Assembly (NCBI GenBank): GCA_973895155.1
Contig: OZ316893.1
Span: 372,001 to 436,000 of the forward strand
DNA from: Marsupella aquatica
Lineage: Eukaryota; Plantae; Marchantiophyta
Direction: 5' to 3'
Length of the DNA stretch: 64,000 nucleotides
Below, piece after piece: positions 51,801 through 62,676 of this stretch. The notes under the pieces were generated by a model, which searched no databases, was not told where the DNA came from, and saw only the letters and a program-made list of their open reading frames with translations. A program made the position numbers and the translations under genes. Positions within the stretch are counted from its first letter, which is position 1. Every line of letters starts with the position of its first letter.

Positions 51801-52112
51801 ATAAACTGGGATTTTGGCTGGACTAGCCGAGTCGGTCCCTTCCTTGGTGTCCATAGATTGTCCCCTTACCGGTCTATTCGGTTTTGAATTAGTGGTCGGC
51901 TCCCCTTCCTGCCTTGGCTCTAGATCGTGTCTGTCCATCTCATCCACCTCTTGCTCCTGAGAGTTAGGCCGCTGTGCTCTCTCGGCTTCTAATAGGGCCT
52001 CAATTTGTTCTGCCCTCGTAATCGGCTTGTATGCCGATCCCTTGGTATTTAATTCCTTGCCGATGATCGATGGCGTTGTGAACCCTGCCGGCTCTGCCAC
52101 AACGACTGCAGA
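48876..52112 (-). CDS. pol: pol: RT-RNase H-integrase, intact frame
   Basis: Uninterrupted ~1,080 aa: DYRKLN, MDGYSGYNQI, MPFGLCNAP, FIDDF; RNase H; integrase HHCC, DDE and GPF; stop lies 12 nt inside the 3' LTR. Confidence 0.97.
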   Translation of the reverse strand, partial: SAVVVAEPAGFTTPSIIGKELNTKGSAYKPITRAEQIEALLEAERAQRPNSQEQEVDEMDRHDLEPRQEGEPTTNSKPNRPVRGQSMDTKEGTDSASPAKIPVYGGMRLERLEAELDPNLKTQINMIQARQYRKLDLGEGRELNLGRNLAPELEKEISDLLIEFQDVFACSHQDLKGVDPTLGEHRIDLMLGAKSFRQPIRRMNPKYSLLVKTEINKLVEAGFITPVLHSDWVSPIVIVPKKARPDGKTKIRVCQDYRKLNEATLKDHFPLPFTDMVLDMVASHELYSFMDGYSGYNQIRIRQEDQIKTAFITEWGIYVFNRMPFGLCNAPAMFQRLMVNIFHDYLRKFMEIFIDDFAVFGKASKHAKYLRKTFMRCREVGLKLHPDKCFFAVTEGVLLGHKVSRKGIEIDKGKLAVWLDIMQPKNIKDVRSFLGCIGYYRRFIKDFAKLALPLTNMLKAGADFEPTPERVTAVVELKQMLVEAPVMIAPDWNKDFHVFVDVSGFCIGSVLSQLDEKGRDHPIYFASRQLADAERNYSTTEREALGVIYSCKKFRHYLLGYKVIFHTDHESLKYLVNKPDLTGRVARWILLLQEFDYELRIKPGKLHANADFFSRITGKPATDCIDDRFPDKELFVVEIAGTWYPEILQFLSTSRLQPGLSREQAAVFVRKVRRYQCIKGILHKHGINGTIQRCLEKREVKRVLRAMHGEEAGGHFAPVTTSKKILNAGYWWPTLHKDVYQFIKQCDPCQRAGGPRASTRHPLHPILPLAPFEKWGIDYIGPLKPLTHPRRYKYIILATDYATKWVEARPTTKDDAITTARFMYEQIFTRYGAPLELVSDRGTHFLNDIISRLNEQYLVKHRPTTPYHPKANGLTERANGIIGKILNKTVAQNKLDWDDKLFAAVFAYNLAYKSTTGHTPFFLTFGQEALVPMQLEIPTFQVTIEERASAEESLKEREYRLEALEEARMISAERVEYRQNIMKQQYDKRLKVVSIHTGDLVLLYDSRYSRFPGKLYTRWLGPFRVTMMFPNGSVQLANITGEVYPVRIHYDRLKKYYMDEDEVVREDASQLSGELCDA
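48888..48900 (-). promoter_or_regulatory. Polypurine tract, copy B
   Basis: AAGTGGGGAGCTA abutting the 3' LTR. Confidence 0.88.
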
Positions 52113-53890
52113 AAATTCACTGTCCCTGCTACTGCTCCCCACTTAGCCGTTTCATCCAATTGGTCTACATCCTTTACTTCCTCCGGAATTGCAGCTAAAA
52201 AGGTGGATTCTATTGTAAAGCAGTCCTCGACCTCTTCGTCTTCTTCTTCCAAGTCACCTTCCATTGGTTCTTGCCATAATCCGCTGGGGGGTACCTCTGG
52301 TCCAAAGACACCTTCTTCGGTTAGGTTAGTGAGGCATTCTAACCAACGTACTTCATCGGCTGACTCCAGTCCACTGTCGTACCCATCTACTTCCCTTATG
52401 CTTTTCCTACGGTCATCCTTAGTGTCCCAGGATACTGTGATAGAGGGGGTCCCGAAAGTGAACTGCTTTTTACCCCAATCTTCTATTACCTCGGCTAGGT
52501 ACAGCCATGGCCTACCAATCAATAGTCGGAATGACGTAGGGTTTACCGGCTTCATTACTACATAGTTAATGCTAAAGAAGATACCTCCTATCTCTGTCTT
52601 GATGCCGGTTAACACTCCCGTAGGAATGACCTGATATCCATTGGCCATGTTCAACACTCTTCCAGTCATCTCCGGTGTTAGACCCCACCCTTTTGCTGTT
52701 GAATCAATCATAATACATACCCCTGATCCTCCATCGATGGGTACCCGTAGTAATAATTCTCCTTGAATCATTAATGGTAATGCTGGGGCTCCTTGATCTT
52801 CTTCTATCATTAGTACGTCGGATCTGGTTGCTACCTTGGGTAATCTCGGCTTGCCGAGAATAGCCTTCCTTAATTGCTTCCGGAAGTACGGGCTATTTTT
52901 CAATAGTTGACCTACTGTTGCCGAGACTCTAGATTCTAGTACATCTTTAGCCAGGTCATAGGGAACAATCGGCTTCTCCTCTGGTGGTGTTTCCTTGGAT
53001 TCGGCCAGTTTTGCCACGCTAGTCTCCACAGCTGTTGGGTCTTCCGAAGCAAACAATGCTTTTGCTCGTTTTACATCTTTGGCAATGGCTTCGGTATTCT
53101 CCAGGGTTTCTAATTCTCTTAGTTGTTCCTTAACACTAGCCGTAACAGAGGGGTAGAACAACTTAGGATGATCTCGATTGAAGTCGCTATCTTGTGAAGG
53201 ATTGGTTTCACTGGTGGGCTCATGGCTTACCTGTATTGCCGGAGCCCTCCCTTCTCCTTCTGTTGATGTTGACGAAGAGTCGATCCTTTCCTCCGTAACC
53301 TTCCCTTTATTTTTGGCCAGCCCATCCCACCTTTCCTTCCTTCTGGTAGATCGAGTAGAGACTCGGTAGCAATCATGATCTAAATCCTCCTCTGAGAAGG
53401 TTGATAGGGCTTCGGCCTCATCATTAGATGGTACGAACTCTGCCTCGGCATCCTCTTGCCATCCTAGTTCGATGTGGTTGATTTGAACTCCTCCGGGGGT
53501 AGTACCTGGCGGTAAGATCTTGATCGGCAAAAGCTTATGATTTGCGGCCAGGCCTGCCAACCAAGTAGGACATTGCCCTAGCATATGACCTTCCTGTCGG
53601 CATCCCATACATAGCTGAGCTGGTTGTCCATCACCCTGTTTGCGTGCATTCAGGCATTCTCTAGCAAAATGGCCAGGTTGACCACAATTATAGCACGCCG
53701 CAAATCTTTGCACATTCGGCCTAGGAGGTACTGACGGGTTCTGAATAATCCGAGGATACATCTCTCCTGGATTGTTCCTTAACCCTGACCACAGAGATGC
53801 AGGTCTGTTGGATAGGTCTCGTGCTCCAATCTCACTGATGCCGAAAACACTATCAGCGGCATCTCCTAAAAAGTACTCTACTTCTCCCTG
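52049..53890 (-). CDS. gag: gag C-terminus (two CCHC zinc knuckles) plus aspartic protease
   Basis: CYNCGQPGHFAREC, CMGCRQEGHMLGQC; VPIDGGSGVCIM and LLIGRPWL; frame open upstream of 53761 to about 53890. Confidence 0.92.
   Translation of the reverse strand, partial: QGEVEYFLGDAADSVFGISEIGARDLSNRPASLWSGLRNNPGEMYPRIIQNPSVPPRPNVQRFAACYNCGQPGHFARECLNARKQGDGQPAQLCMGCRQEGHMLGQCPTWLAGLAANHKLLPIKILPPGTTPGGVQINHIELGWQEDAEAEFVPSNDEAEALSTFSEEDLDHDCYRVSTRSTRRKERWDGLAKNKGKVTEERIDSSSTSTEGEGRAPAIQVSHEPTSETNPSQDSDFNRDHPKLFYPSVTASVKEQLRELETLENTEAIAKDVKRAKALFASEDPTAVETSVAKLAESKETPPEEKPIVPYDLAKDVLESRVSATVGQLLKNSPYFRKQLRKAILGKPRLPKVATRSDVLMIEEDQGAPALPLMIQGELLLRVPIDGGSGVCIMIDSTAKGWGLTPEMTGRVLNMANGYQVIPTGVLTGIKTEIGGIFFSINYVVMKPVNPTSFRLLIGRPWLYLAEVIEDWGKKQFTFGTPSITVSWDTKDDRRKSIREVDGYDSGLESADEVRWLECLTNLTEEGVFGPEVPPSGLWQEPMEGDLEEEDEEVEDCFTIESTFLAAIPEEVKDVDQLDETAKWGAVAGTVNFLQSLWQSRQGSQRHRSSARN
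52059..52118 (-). promoter_or_regulatory. Putative -1 frameshift signal, copy B
   Basis: G AAT TTT (52118-52112), then CGTTGTGG/TCACAACG stem and conserved GCCGG/TCGGC pairing; same position as in copy A. Confidence 0.65.
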
Positions 53891-54470
53891 ACATGGTCAG
53901 TTTCTGAAAGCGTTGCAAGAACTTCCTGAAGGATTTGTTCTCCTTGAACTGAAGTTGTCCCAACTTCAGCACTGCTAGTTCTGAAGTTCCAATGGGTCGA
54001 AACTCCTTAACAAAGAGTGTTTTGAAGATATCCCAGATGGCTTGATCTTCCACATCTAATGCTCTGTACCAAGGCCTAGCCTCACCCTTGAACAGGCCGG
54101 GAAGAATCTGCATCTTGATGGCCGATTCTCCATTTGCTGCAGCGGTTCCCTCGAAATCATCCAACCATTCGTCCGGATCCTCATCTCCTCTCCCATGAAA
54201 TGCCTTGTAATGTATGCGCGACCGCTGGCTCAATCTGGTCCCTGACCTCTCGTCTGGCCGTGCCTCTGGTTCCCCCATGTCGGTTGTAGACTCACTTCTC
54301 CTTACCGACTCTTCTTCTGGTATGTCTTCTTCGACGCCACTTCCAGTTTCGGAGCTACCAGCTCTTTCTGCCCCTCTCAGTCGCTGTGTATCATGCCACC
54401 CGGCGAGCTGCTGCAGTCGAGCTCTCTCCCGTTGAATCACTCTTTCTTCCCTCGGCGTAAGGTCAGTCAT
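53853..54470 (-). pseudogene. gag: gag N-terminus (capsid), out of frame with downstream gag-PR; probable internal deletion near 53890
   Basis: FHGRGDEDPDEWLDDF..LFKGEARPWY..WDIFKTLFVKEF retrotransposon gag pattern. Confidence 0.85.
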
Positions 54471-54517
54471 TACCTACGCTTCCGTTCTAACTTCATATCT
54501 CACGGCTTAAGAAATGC

Positions 54518-54535
54518 CCCCTCCATCTAGCGCCA
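54518..54535 (-). promoter_or_regulatory. Primer binding site, tRNA-Asn-like
   Basis: TGGCGCTAGATGGAGGGG, 4 nt (TTTT) after the 5' LTR; resembles the complement of the plant tRNA-Asn 3' end (assignment from memory). Confidence 0.85.
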
Positions 54536-54539
54536 AAAA

Positions 54540-57500
54540 TGTGGTGCGTCCCATGGCTCCCTAAACCCAAAAAACCCCCCAGCTCAAGCCGATTCCCGCA
54601 GGTTTCGTGCTTGGCGAGGCCGTTTCCGCGGCTTAGCGACATGGGACGCTGCTAACCTTCTACTACTACTATTAACATTTTACACACATATACTGGACAG
54701 ATCCTTCATCGGGTCATGAGATACGTAGCCAGCCTAATATAGGCCTTCCCCTGTCTTCCCCTGTCTTCCCCTCCGTCTTGTTAGGTATGTTTGGATTCCG
54801 CCGCCGGAATGATCCCCAATAGGCTTGGTTAAGCCGCTAAGACCTCTCTCAGCTCGACACATCCAACTCTCACTCCCCTGCTTACTTTCCTTCCTTCTGT
54901 TGATGTGGGCACTCTTCACACAAGTTAATGCGACACACAAATAGCAAAATGACTCATTCTGACTGAGTCATACCATGCACTTGCCATACAAACAGTACAT
55001 CTCATACACAAGTTCTGTGAACTAAGCCGTGAGGCGAACTCTATTCAGCTCTTAGGCATGAGGAAACATGAATATACACAAGGGTCACTGTATGACTAAC
55101 CGAGAGCTTCTCGTACTACTTGATCCCAGCCCGGCTGGTGCAAACTAAAAACTTGCTAAAGAAGAGGCCCTGAGCTCCCCGCTGCCCAGGTACTTATCCT
55201 GGTAGTGGATCCGCCATTCTTTGCATCGTAAGCCTAATCTACCTGACAGTAATCTACTTGCCCGAATCTACCTATGTACAGCAAGGCAGGAGCACAAGTG
55301 TTGCTCCTACCAGTGGAACCGCAATCCCACTAAGCTAAGTATCAGGGCCGCTCCTGGTTCTAATCCTAATCCTAAACGTGGAGATCCGCGCCCGCCCTGC
55401 CCACTCACGCCTCCTCCCTCCACGTCCGCCCTCCCTAAAAGGAACGGCGCCCTTGCACCGTCACGACACCGGTGGTGGATCCTCAATGGACGCCCCCAAC
55501 ACTTCCTCCTCAGCCACTGCCGTTGGCCCGCCTACTGATAGATTACCTGCCCTTGACCGAGTCAACTCTCCCTCGGCCTGACTGGGTCCACCTTCGGCTT
55601 CAGCCTCGACACCGGCCTCGGCAATACCCACGGCTTCGGCCTCAGCCACTCCCACGGCTTCGGCTTCAGCCACTCCCTCGGCTTCGGCCTCCCCTTCCCC
55701 TAGGGTAGTTGGATCCTTAGCCGTGACCCTGTCTGGGGTCGGTGCTGGGTCTACCTCCTTGATCACCATGGCCTGTGAAGTCGTATTACTCCTTGACCCT
55801 GAAGGTTTCCGCTTCTTCTTCGTTGGTGGCTCGGCAGCTGGTCCCTTCCCCTTCCCACTTACTTCCGGCACTGGTGCAGGTGGTGCGGCTTGTCCTTCGG
55901 CAATTACCACCCCTGGTAACTGGTTTGTCCCAACGGGAGATGGACCTGCTGCAGCTAAGCATTTAAATACTGCGGCTTGTTTCTTCAGCCGCTCTGTTTG
56001 GTTGTCGGCCCGCCGCTGTAGGTTCTCCATCTTCCTCGTGATTTCCTCCAACTCCTCTTGGGTTTCATCCAGGTCCTTACGTGCCCCCTCCAGCTCGTTT
56101 TTGGCCTCCTCCTGCTCCCTGTGGGCTTCCTCCAATTCCTTCTTCAAGGTAGCCCTCTCCTCCCGGGTTGCTCTTAGCTCCTTGTCGAGCTCTGCAATGA
56201 TGACAGACTCCATCTGGTTCATCTTGGCGTAAGTCTGTTCGAGCATCTCGTCCTTCTCCCTTAGGTCGGCCTTGAAGCTGGCCGTCAGGGACGCAAGCTC
56301 CTGCTGCAGCGCCATAATCCCTTGATAGGATTTCCCTAACTCGGCCTCCTTCTGCTCAAGGGCTCCGCGGATTTTCTCGAGCTCCCCTTTCAACGCCCAT
56401 TCCTTTCTTTGGGTCTCCGCCATGGCCCGGCTGTTGGCTGTTATGTGGGCCTCCTCTGTATTCTTCAGCTCTTGCTTCCACTTCTCCCTCTCTTTGATCG
56501 TGTCGGCCAACTCTTCCTGCGTCTGAGTCAGTTTATCCTTGATATTCTGATTATCAGCCTGCGCGGTGTCCAACTGCCCCTGCATGATGTTCAGCTCATG
56601 TCGTTTAATCCGCAGTTCATCTTGGGCTTTCTTGGCCGCCCTTAGATCTTCAATCTCGGCTTCCATCCTCCTAAGCCGCCGAATGACCTCGTCCTTCTTG
56701 CTTCTCTCTAAAGCCACCGTTTCTTCTAATTGGTGCTTCTCCAACTGCTCCCTATGGAAAAAGGGTCCTACCTCCAACTCCTCTCCAAAGATGCCGAGCG
56801 CAAGTTCCCCACACATCTCACCATACTCCATGGCTCTATTCTTAGCGTAGGTGGAGTAAGTAGAAGTGATCAGCATCGCCCATCGTGGCCTCTGCTCCCA
56901 AGCCGTCCTGCGGATCTCTTCAATCGTGGCTAGAGGTTTGCTTCCTTTTTCGGCTAGCCGCCTGATGTCCTCCGGCCAATCTCCTCCTGGTAAATCCTTT
57001 TCCTTAGCCAGGGCGGCCTCCTCCTCCTGCTTGATTCGCTCCTGAAATTCCTGCACCGTCTGTTTTATGCCGTTGAAGCTCGGGGGAGCAACATCTGGTG
57101 GGGGAGACTCAGGGCTACTCTGCTGGTTGGGGTCCCCTCGCACTACCCTTGGAAGTGTGGGGACAAACCGGCCACAGGTCCTTACTCCTGGAACGTGATG
57201 GTCCGACCCATAGCCGGAATTATCATGGCTGCAGTCCTCCACTGCCTCCTCTACCTCTTGGACGTCCGGCTTCTCCCTCTCCTCTTCGTCGGTAGGAGCT
57301 TCAGGCAATTCTGCCTCAGATTCGGAGCTTGAGGTTCCCACGTACATTCGAACACCTGGCTTGGATTCCGGCCTGATTCTCTCCTTGTCTCCAGCAAAGG
57401 GGTTTTCTCTTGTGAGCCGGTGTAGGCCTACCTCTGTAGTAGTGTCCTGCATTTTTGCCGTTGCCGTTGTTGTTGCCGATGCCGATTTCTTTTCTTTCTC

Positions 57501-59198
57501 CAGTAGTTTCAGCAGACTCTGCATGCCTGGTTGCTGCATCGGCAAGTCCTCCTTCCTGGGCCTAAACACCTGCTCGATCGTAGGACTAACAGGTGGTTGA
57601 GGCTTCTCAGCCAACGGCCTCGGCGTTGGAGCTTCCTCGGGTGCCCTTACCTGTAGGGGAAGTACCGGGGCAAAAGTCTGACTTCTGGCATACCGGCACA
57701 ACAGCGGCATGTGATAGCCAAGCCGCGACACGCTCCCCATGCCGATTACCTACTGCTCCTCCTTTAAGATCTTCTTCAATTGGTTGAGGAGGTACCCGTT
57801 GTAGTCCCGGCTTGGGTCTGGCCTTTCTGCCAGATAGACCTGTGCCTTGCCGATCTCTGCCCTCGGCAAGTTACAATGCATGGTCACCCGCAAGAAGTCG
57901 ATCATCTCTCCTATGTGCAGGTTGGTGCAGGTGTTCCGGAAGAAGCCATTCTTCGTTGATGGCCCGGGGAACGACCGGAACTCCTTGTCAGGCAAGGTCT
58001 TCCTGGTATCAACTTTGGTCTTATTGCCTATCGGCAGGCCAAACACTTCGGCAATTACCTTGGGAGTAAGATAGAAATCCTTCCCATATATCCTCGTGCA
58101 ATTGGTCTCGGGTTCCCATGACCCCACGAATTCTAATAGGTCTGACTCCGGTACCTCCGGCTTCAGCCATGGTAATCTTACAAAGGCCTCCAAGCCGGAT
58201 CCGGCCATGAAGCCTTGGTACTTCTTGGTCTGCATGGCCGTAAAGCATGCATCCTCCTCCCGTGCAAAATGTAGTTGCACCTCCACCGGTAGGGTTGCCG
58301 CCCAGCCCTTCCAGGTGTCATCCCTGGTTGGAATGGCCTTGATGGGATCGACCTCCTCCTCTTCGGCTTCTCCCTGCCTCCTGCTCTGCTGCTCGGCTGG
58401 CTTCTTTGGTGCCGCCGACCTCGTTCTTTTTGCCGGGGTGGCTTCATTGTTGACGGCTCCCTTCCTCTTCATCTCTGCTGCCGTGGAGGTTTCTCCTAGC
58501 ACCGTTGCCTGGGTCCACCTTTCCGTGCTACCCTTTAATTCCCAGTGTATGTCGTTGCAGTTCTTGATGGCCTCTCGGATGCCGACGATGCTGTCTTTGC
58601 AAAATAGAAGATCGTCGAGTTGATTGGAAGTAGGCGTCCACAGGAACTCGTCCTTGATGAGTTCGCCTCCTAAGAAAGCCGTCTTCTGCAGCTCCCACAA
58701 TCGAGCGAGCTCCTGCCGTTCTCGAGCTGCCCTTTCTGATTCCTCGTCCTCGTAAGTCTTGATGTACTCAGTTGCCCGTTCGAACAGGCATCCCTAGAAA
58801 TGTGCCGCTTGATTGACGTTGCTCATACCCTCCTTAGGTTGATCGTCGGTATCTACTCTCTCCCCGAGTGCTTGCCTAAGCAGCTGACAGTAGTTGGCCT
58901 CCCGTAGTCGTCTGCCTAGTTCGTGCTTGCAAATGAGCCACCATCTCCTGCAAGCGCTCCTTACCCCTCTCCTTTGCCGGTCCTTCTTCCCGTTGATCCT
59001 TCCTAGCCGCCGACGCTTAACGCGCCCTAACCCTAATCGGGTTTTCACCCTTAGCCTTACCTCCGGCCTCGGCCCGGGTTCCATGGTTGCCCTAATTGTT
59101 TATATTTTCCTTGTTTTGTCACTATACTAAGGTGTTCCTAGGGTGCCTTCCTGCTTTACCCACTTAACCGGCCGAGTGATTCCTGTCTAGGCATCACA
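54540..59198 (-). repeat. 5' LTR of copy B (4,659 bp)
   Basis: Near-identical to 44229-48887; bounded by TSD and PBS. Confidence 0.97.
55461..59084 (-). pseudogene. LTR-encoded ~1,207-aa accessory protein, two premature stops
   Basis: ATG 59084; TGG>TAG at 58794 and CAG>TAG at 57750; otherwise one frame of 3,624 nt. Confidence 0.93.
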
Positions 59199-59403
59199 GA
59201 CTTATTCAGGGAGACGCTTCCCTGCTTTGTCTTTCAAATATGGACCTGGATTTTCCCCCGCATCCCACCGGAATGATCTCCCCATTTTTGGGTCCCATCT
59301 CAGTTTCAGGCCAGCCCCATGTTTGGGTTCCGGTTGAGTTTTGAGGATGACATTGACTTTTTGAGTACATTCCAATGCTCGACTGTTCTAACCTATTCAA
59401 AAA

Positions 59404-59548
59404 TGAGAACTAATGTCCTTGCATTCATGTCATGCCAAAATAGATGTATGTCTCCCATTTTTCTCAACAATACCATGCCAAAGTGAATGAGTGTACCTTC
59501 CCCCCATTCCACGCCTCCACATCTATTCTCCACCAAATCATCATCATC
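59404..59548 (+). repeat. Dispersed direct repeat, copy 1 (copy 2 at 62339-62515)
   Basis: TGAGAACTAATGTC..CATGCCAAAATAGATG..CCATTCCACGCCTCCACATCTATTCT shared. Confidence 0.9.
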
Positions 59549-61554
59549 GGGAATCTTTCGATGACATTCCCCGCCTGGTCAACACAGAACTCAACTTGCA
59601 AGCAGCAGAAGAGCGCCGTGACAAAAGAATTAATTGGGATAGCCAACAGGGAGGCTCACAAAGCATCAGGGAGGCTCACGGCGTCTCCCAAGAGGCGAGG
59701 TATTGGAGCCTCTATTGCGATGGAGGGCTTTGCTCCACCCCAAATCCATTATTAGTGGCGAGGAGTTCAAGCACCATCTCCCAGGGACCGAGGTTTGGGC
59801 CCGAACCTTGGACGCGGATCGTAGGATCCCCACCTCAGTGCCGTGTGGTTGCAGAGGTGAACACAGCTGAGGTGAGCTCAGACACGGATGAGCTCCGACT
59901 CGGACGCTCTGAGCCCCCCGGGGACCAATTTCCCATCCCGCAGCCCAGCAATGGCTACACCCACCACCACCATATCCGTCCTCGACCTACAAAACATGGC
60001 CACACGGGTTTTTTCTGGCACATTTTTAACTTTTCGGACAGTGTTCAGAACTGATGTGATTCACACACCCTAAACTGAATGAAAGCAGAGAGCAATCCAT
60101 CTTTTTGTAACGGTCCACAATCACAGGTTATCGGCCAGATTATTGGCCAGTCCAGCATTTGCACAGTTTATGGCATGCACGATGTGTTCGGAAGTTTCAT
60201 GTTTGGAGTTAGGTGTTTCAGTTTAGGATCTGCCGAAAACAATGTGTGAGCTACCTCCCCAATGACTGCCATGCCCAAATGATGACATGAAGAAATTTCA
60301 TCACATCACATATGTACCCCAAAGAAACTGAACGACGTCATCCAGACTATCAGTTTGGTATCCGATTTTTGTAGGACACATTGATCCGAATGCATATCCT
60401 CCCACGACATTCGAATCCACCTTGTCGGAAAGTGTGACGCACAAGTATAGGGATAGGAAATGAACGGCTGGGAAGCACAGATTGTCAATTTTTTGTGTTA
60501 TTTATGTTTTGTCCGGTTTTCTCTACGCTACTGTCGTGTGAGTGGCTGTCCTTCGGCGTGCATCCACCGGGGTTGTTCTTGGCGTATTTTCTACTTTTGG
60601 GACACTTTTCAAACCCCAAACTGATTCACACACCCTAAACCGAATAAAAGCGTCTCATCAAAATAATTATTGTGGAACAAGGTCTTGTTCACGAGCCAAT
60701 TTTGGCAGATTTTTTATTGGCAGAGCTGGACGGTTGAGTGTTTTTCCCTGTTTTCAGGAATAGTGCTCTTTGTTGGTATTTTACTGTAGTTCCTGTGTTC
60801 GGTGTTGCGGATGTGAAAATTTTGTTTTCACATTTTTGAATGTGGCGGGGCTTATTCGGGGGATCCTATCCGTTGGGGAAGACTTTTATGTTCATTCGGA
60901 AGATTGGTAAAGTGACTCGAAGATTTCTATGTAATGGGGTTGATAAGCACCAGTTTATTGTGTTAGTGGAAACTAAACCGCGAGTGTGGACATCAACTAT
61001 TGTCTTTCGTCTTAGTGACACGATTGAGAAGGTTATATCGAGTTTGATACTATTGATAAGCAACCTCGGTGCTCACATTGCTTTTCACCAACGCACTCAG
61101 CCAGTGGATGCTTTGAAGGAGTAGATAGTGAGAAGAAAAATCACTTGATCTTGAATCAAGGAGTGAGGGATAATTCTTTACAAAAGATTCAGGAGCAGGA
61201 GAGGGATCCTCAGTACGGGTCATGCATCCTCAATACAATAGATTCCCCCAAAACCTCATGACAAATAGAAGTCATCATGACAGAATGTGAAACAATGAAC
61301 ATTTGGACCAAGTTATATGAGGCTAATTCAATAATGAACATCTCAAGACATAACACATTTTGTCTTCACATCAATTCTTGAAATCCTTGATCGTCCCGTC
61401 GTGGCGAGACCGACTCTAAATGAAGCATTTGACGGTTTGGTCAAGTCGCTTGCACCCACGGACAGGTTCAGGTAGAGTGCAATTGCAATACACATTATCA
61501 TGTCATGAACCATAAACTATCAAAGGGTGTTGATTGTGTAACAAACATACTTTG

Positions 61555-61652
61555 GGGGGTCGATTGGGGCAGATTTGAACATAGGGGGTCGGTTGGGGCA
61601 GATTTGAACATAGGGGGTCGATTGGGGCGGATTGGAACATATGGTGTCGATT
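61555..61652 (+). repeat. 29-bp G-rich tandem repeat, 3+ copies
   Basis: GGGGGTCGATTGGGGCAGATTTGAACATA units. Confidence 0.9.
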
Positions 61653-62338
61653 AAGCAAGAAACAGTCCAAAGGGGGTTTATTAAGCATAAACCTCCAATA
61701 ATTCTAGTGTTTTAGAGGGAAAATTACCGGATTATTGTGTTGTACATTCATCTATTCATCTATTTCAGAGTAGGTCTTGAAAGGTTCACAGTAAGTTGTT
61801 GTTCTCCGCGACGGTAGGTGTACAATCACCGAATCACGCATCCACTATTCCACATTTCCACTGGTTATGGTGGGTCCGTGGGTGCCGACTAGCTCAGTAC
61901 TTCGTTAATGAACCATATGCAGTACAGGCGCCAGCCCATTGAATCGCGAGGGATCCTCATCAGTCATGAACGAGGACATCATCAAGTCATCAACCAGGCC
62001 CATGACCGAGAGGGTCTGTCGCGGAGGCTCAACTAAATTACACGAGTACTACTCTGTAGTAAAATGATTAAGGAAGCAAATCATGTTTGACATGTGCCCA
62101 GTGTGCCACAGGTCTAGTTAGAGACTCTTGTAATTCTGAAAATTCAGGGAATACACGTCATCTCATAAATTCTTAACCATTGGATCTATGTAATTGGACC
62201 ATCTAGATTCTTATCATGTGTGAGCACTTGTGTGAACAGTTAGGTGAGACAAAAGTGTCACTTCAATTCTCAGCCATTGGATGTTTATGATTGGAGCATC
62301 TAGATGCTTTGCATGTGGGAACACTTGTGGGACAAAAG

Positions 62339-62515
62339 TGAGAACTAATGTCAGATTGCATTTGTCCATGCATTCATGTCATGCCAAAATAGATGCATGT
62401 ATATTTCTCTCACATTTTTCTTAACCATACCATGCCAAAGTGAATGAGTGTACAATTAACTCCCCCCCCCCCATTCCACGCCTCCACATCTATTCTGCAC
62501 CAAATCATCATCATC
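62339..62515 (+). repeat. Dispersed direct repeat, copy 2
   Basis: Matches 59404-59548 with small insertions. Confidence 0.9.
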
Positions 62516-62676
62516 AAACACTACAGTACAAGTTCCACCCCCTAAATCCACCTTTTTTCTTTAACTTTTGTCCTTTATAAAATGAGGAAAGAGTGTGAGT
62601 AAATGGTAGCACTTCATCAAAAAATAAACTTTTTTGGTGCCATCAGATCCACCTAGACACTCCTCCCACTACATGA

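Larger units (their letters stand above)
44229..59198 (-). mobile_element. Full-length Ty3/gypsy non-chromovirus LTR retrotransposon, copy B (14,970 bp)
   Basis: Two 4,659-bp LTRs with TGTG...CACA ends, 5-bp TSD GACTT at 44224-44228 and 59199-59203, PBS, PPT, gag-PR-RT-RH-INT; no chromodomain or second RNase H seen. Confidence 0.97.

Noticed and set aside
45028-58623. Antisense and alternative-frame ORFs (e.g. 45411-45920, 47784-48311, 58096-58623; also 3888-4547)
   Set aside because: Shadows of purine-rich coding strands; they recur only because the LTR is repeated
54540-59198. A second, truncated tandem element or an assembly duplication rather than an LTR
   Set aside because: Identity starts exactly at the PPT-adjacent TG and ends at the PBS-adjacent CA; a TSD flanks the whole unit; the two copies carry independent mutations
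59491-60054. 187-aa ORF
   Set aside because: GTG start, begins inside a dispersed repeat, no recognisable domain
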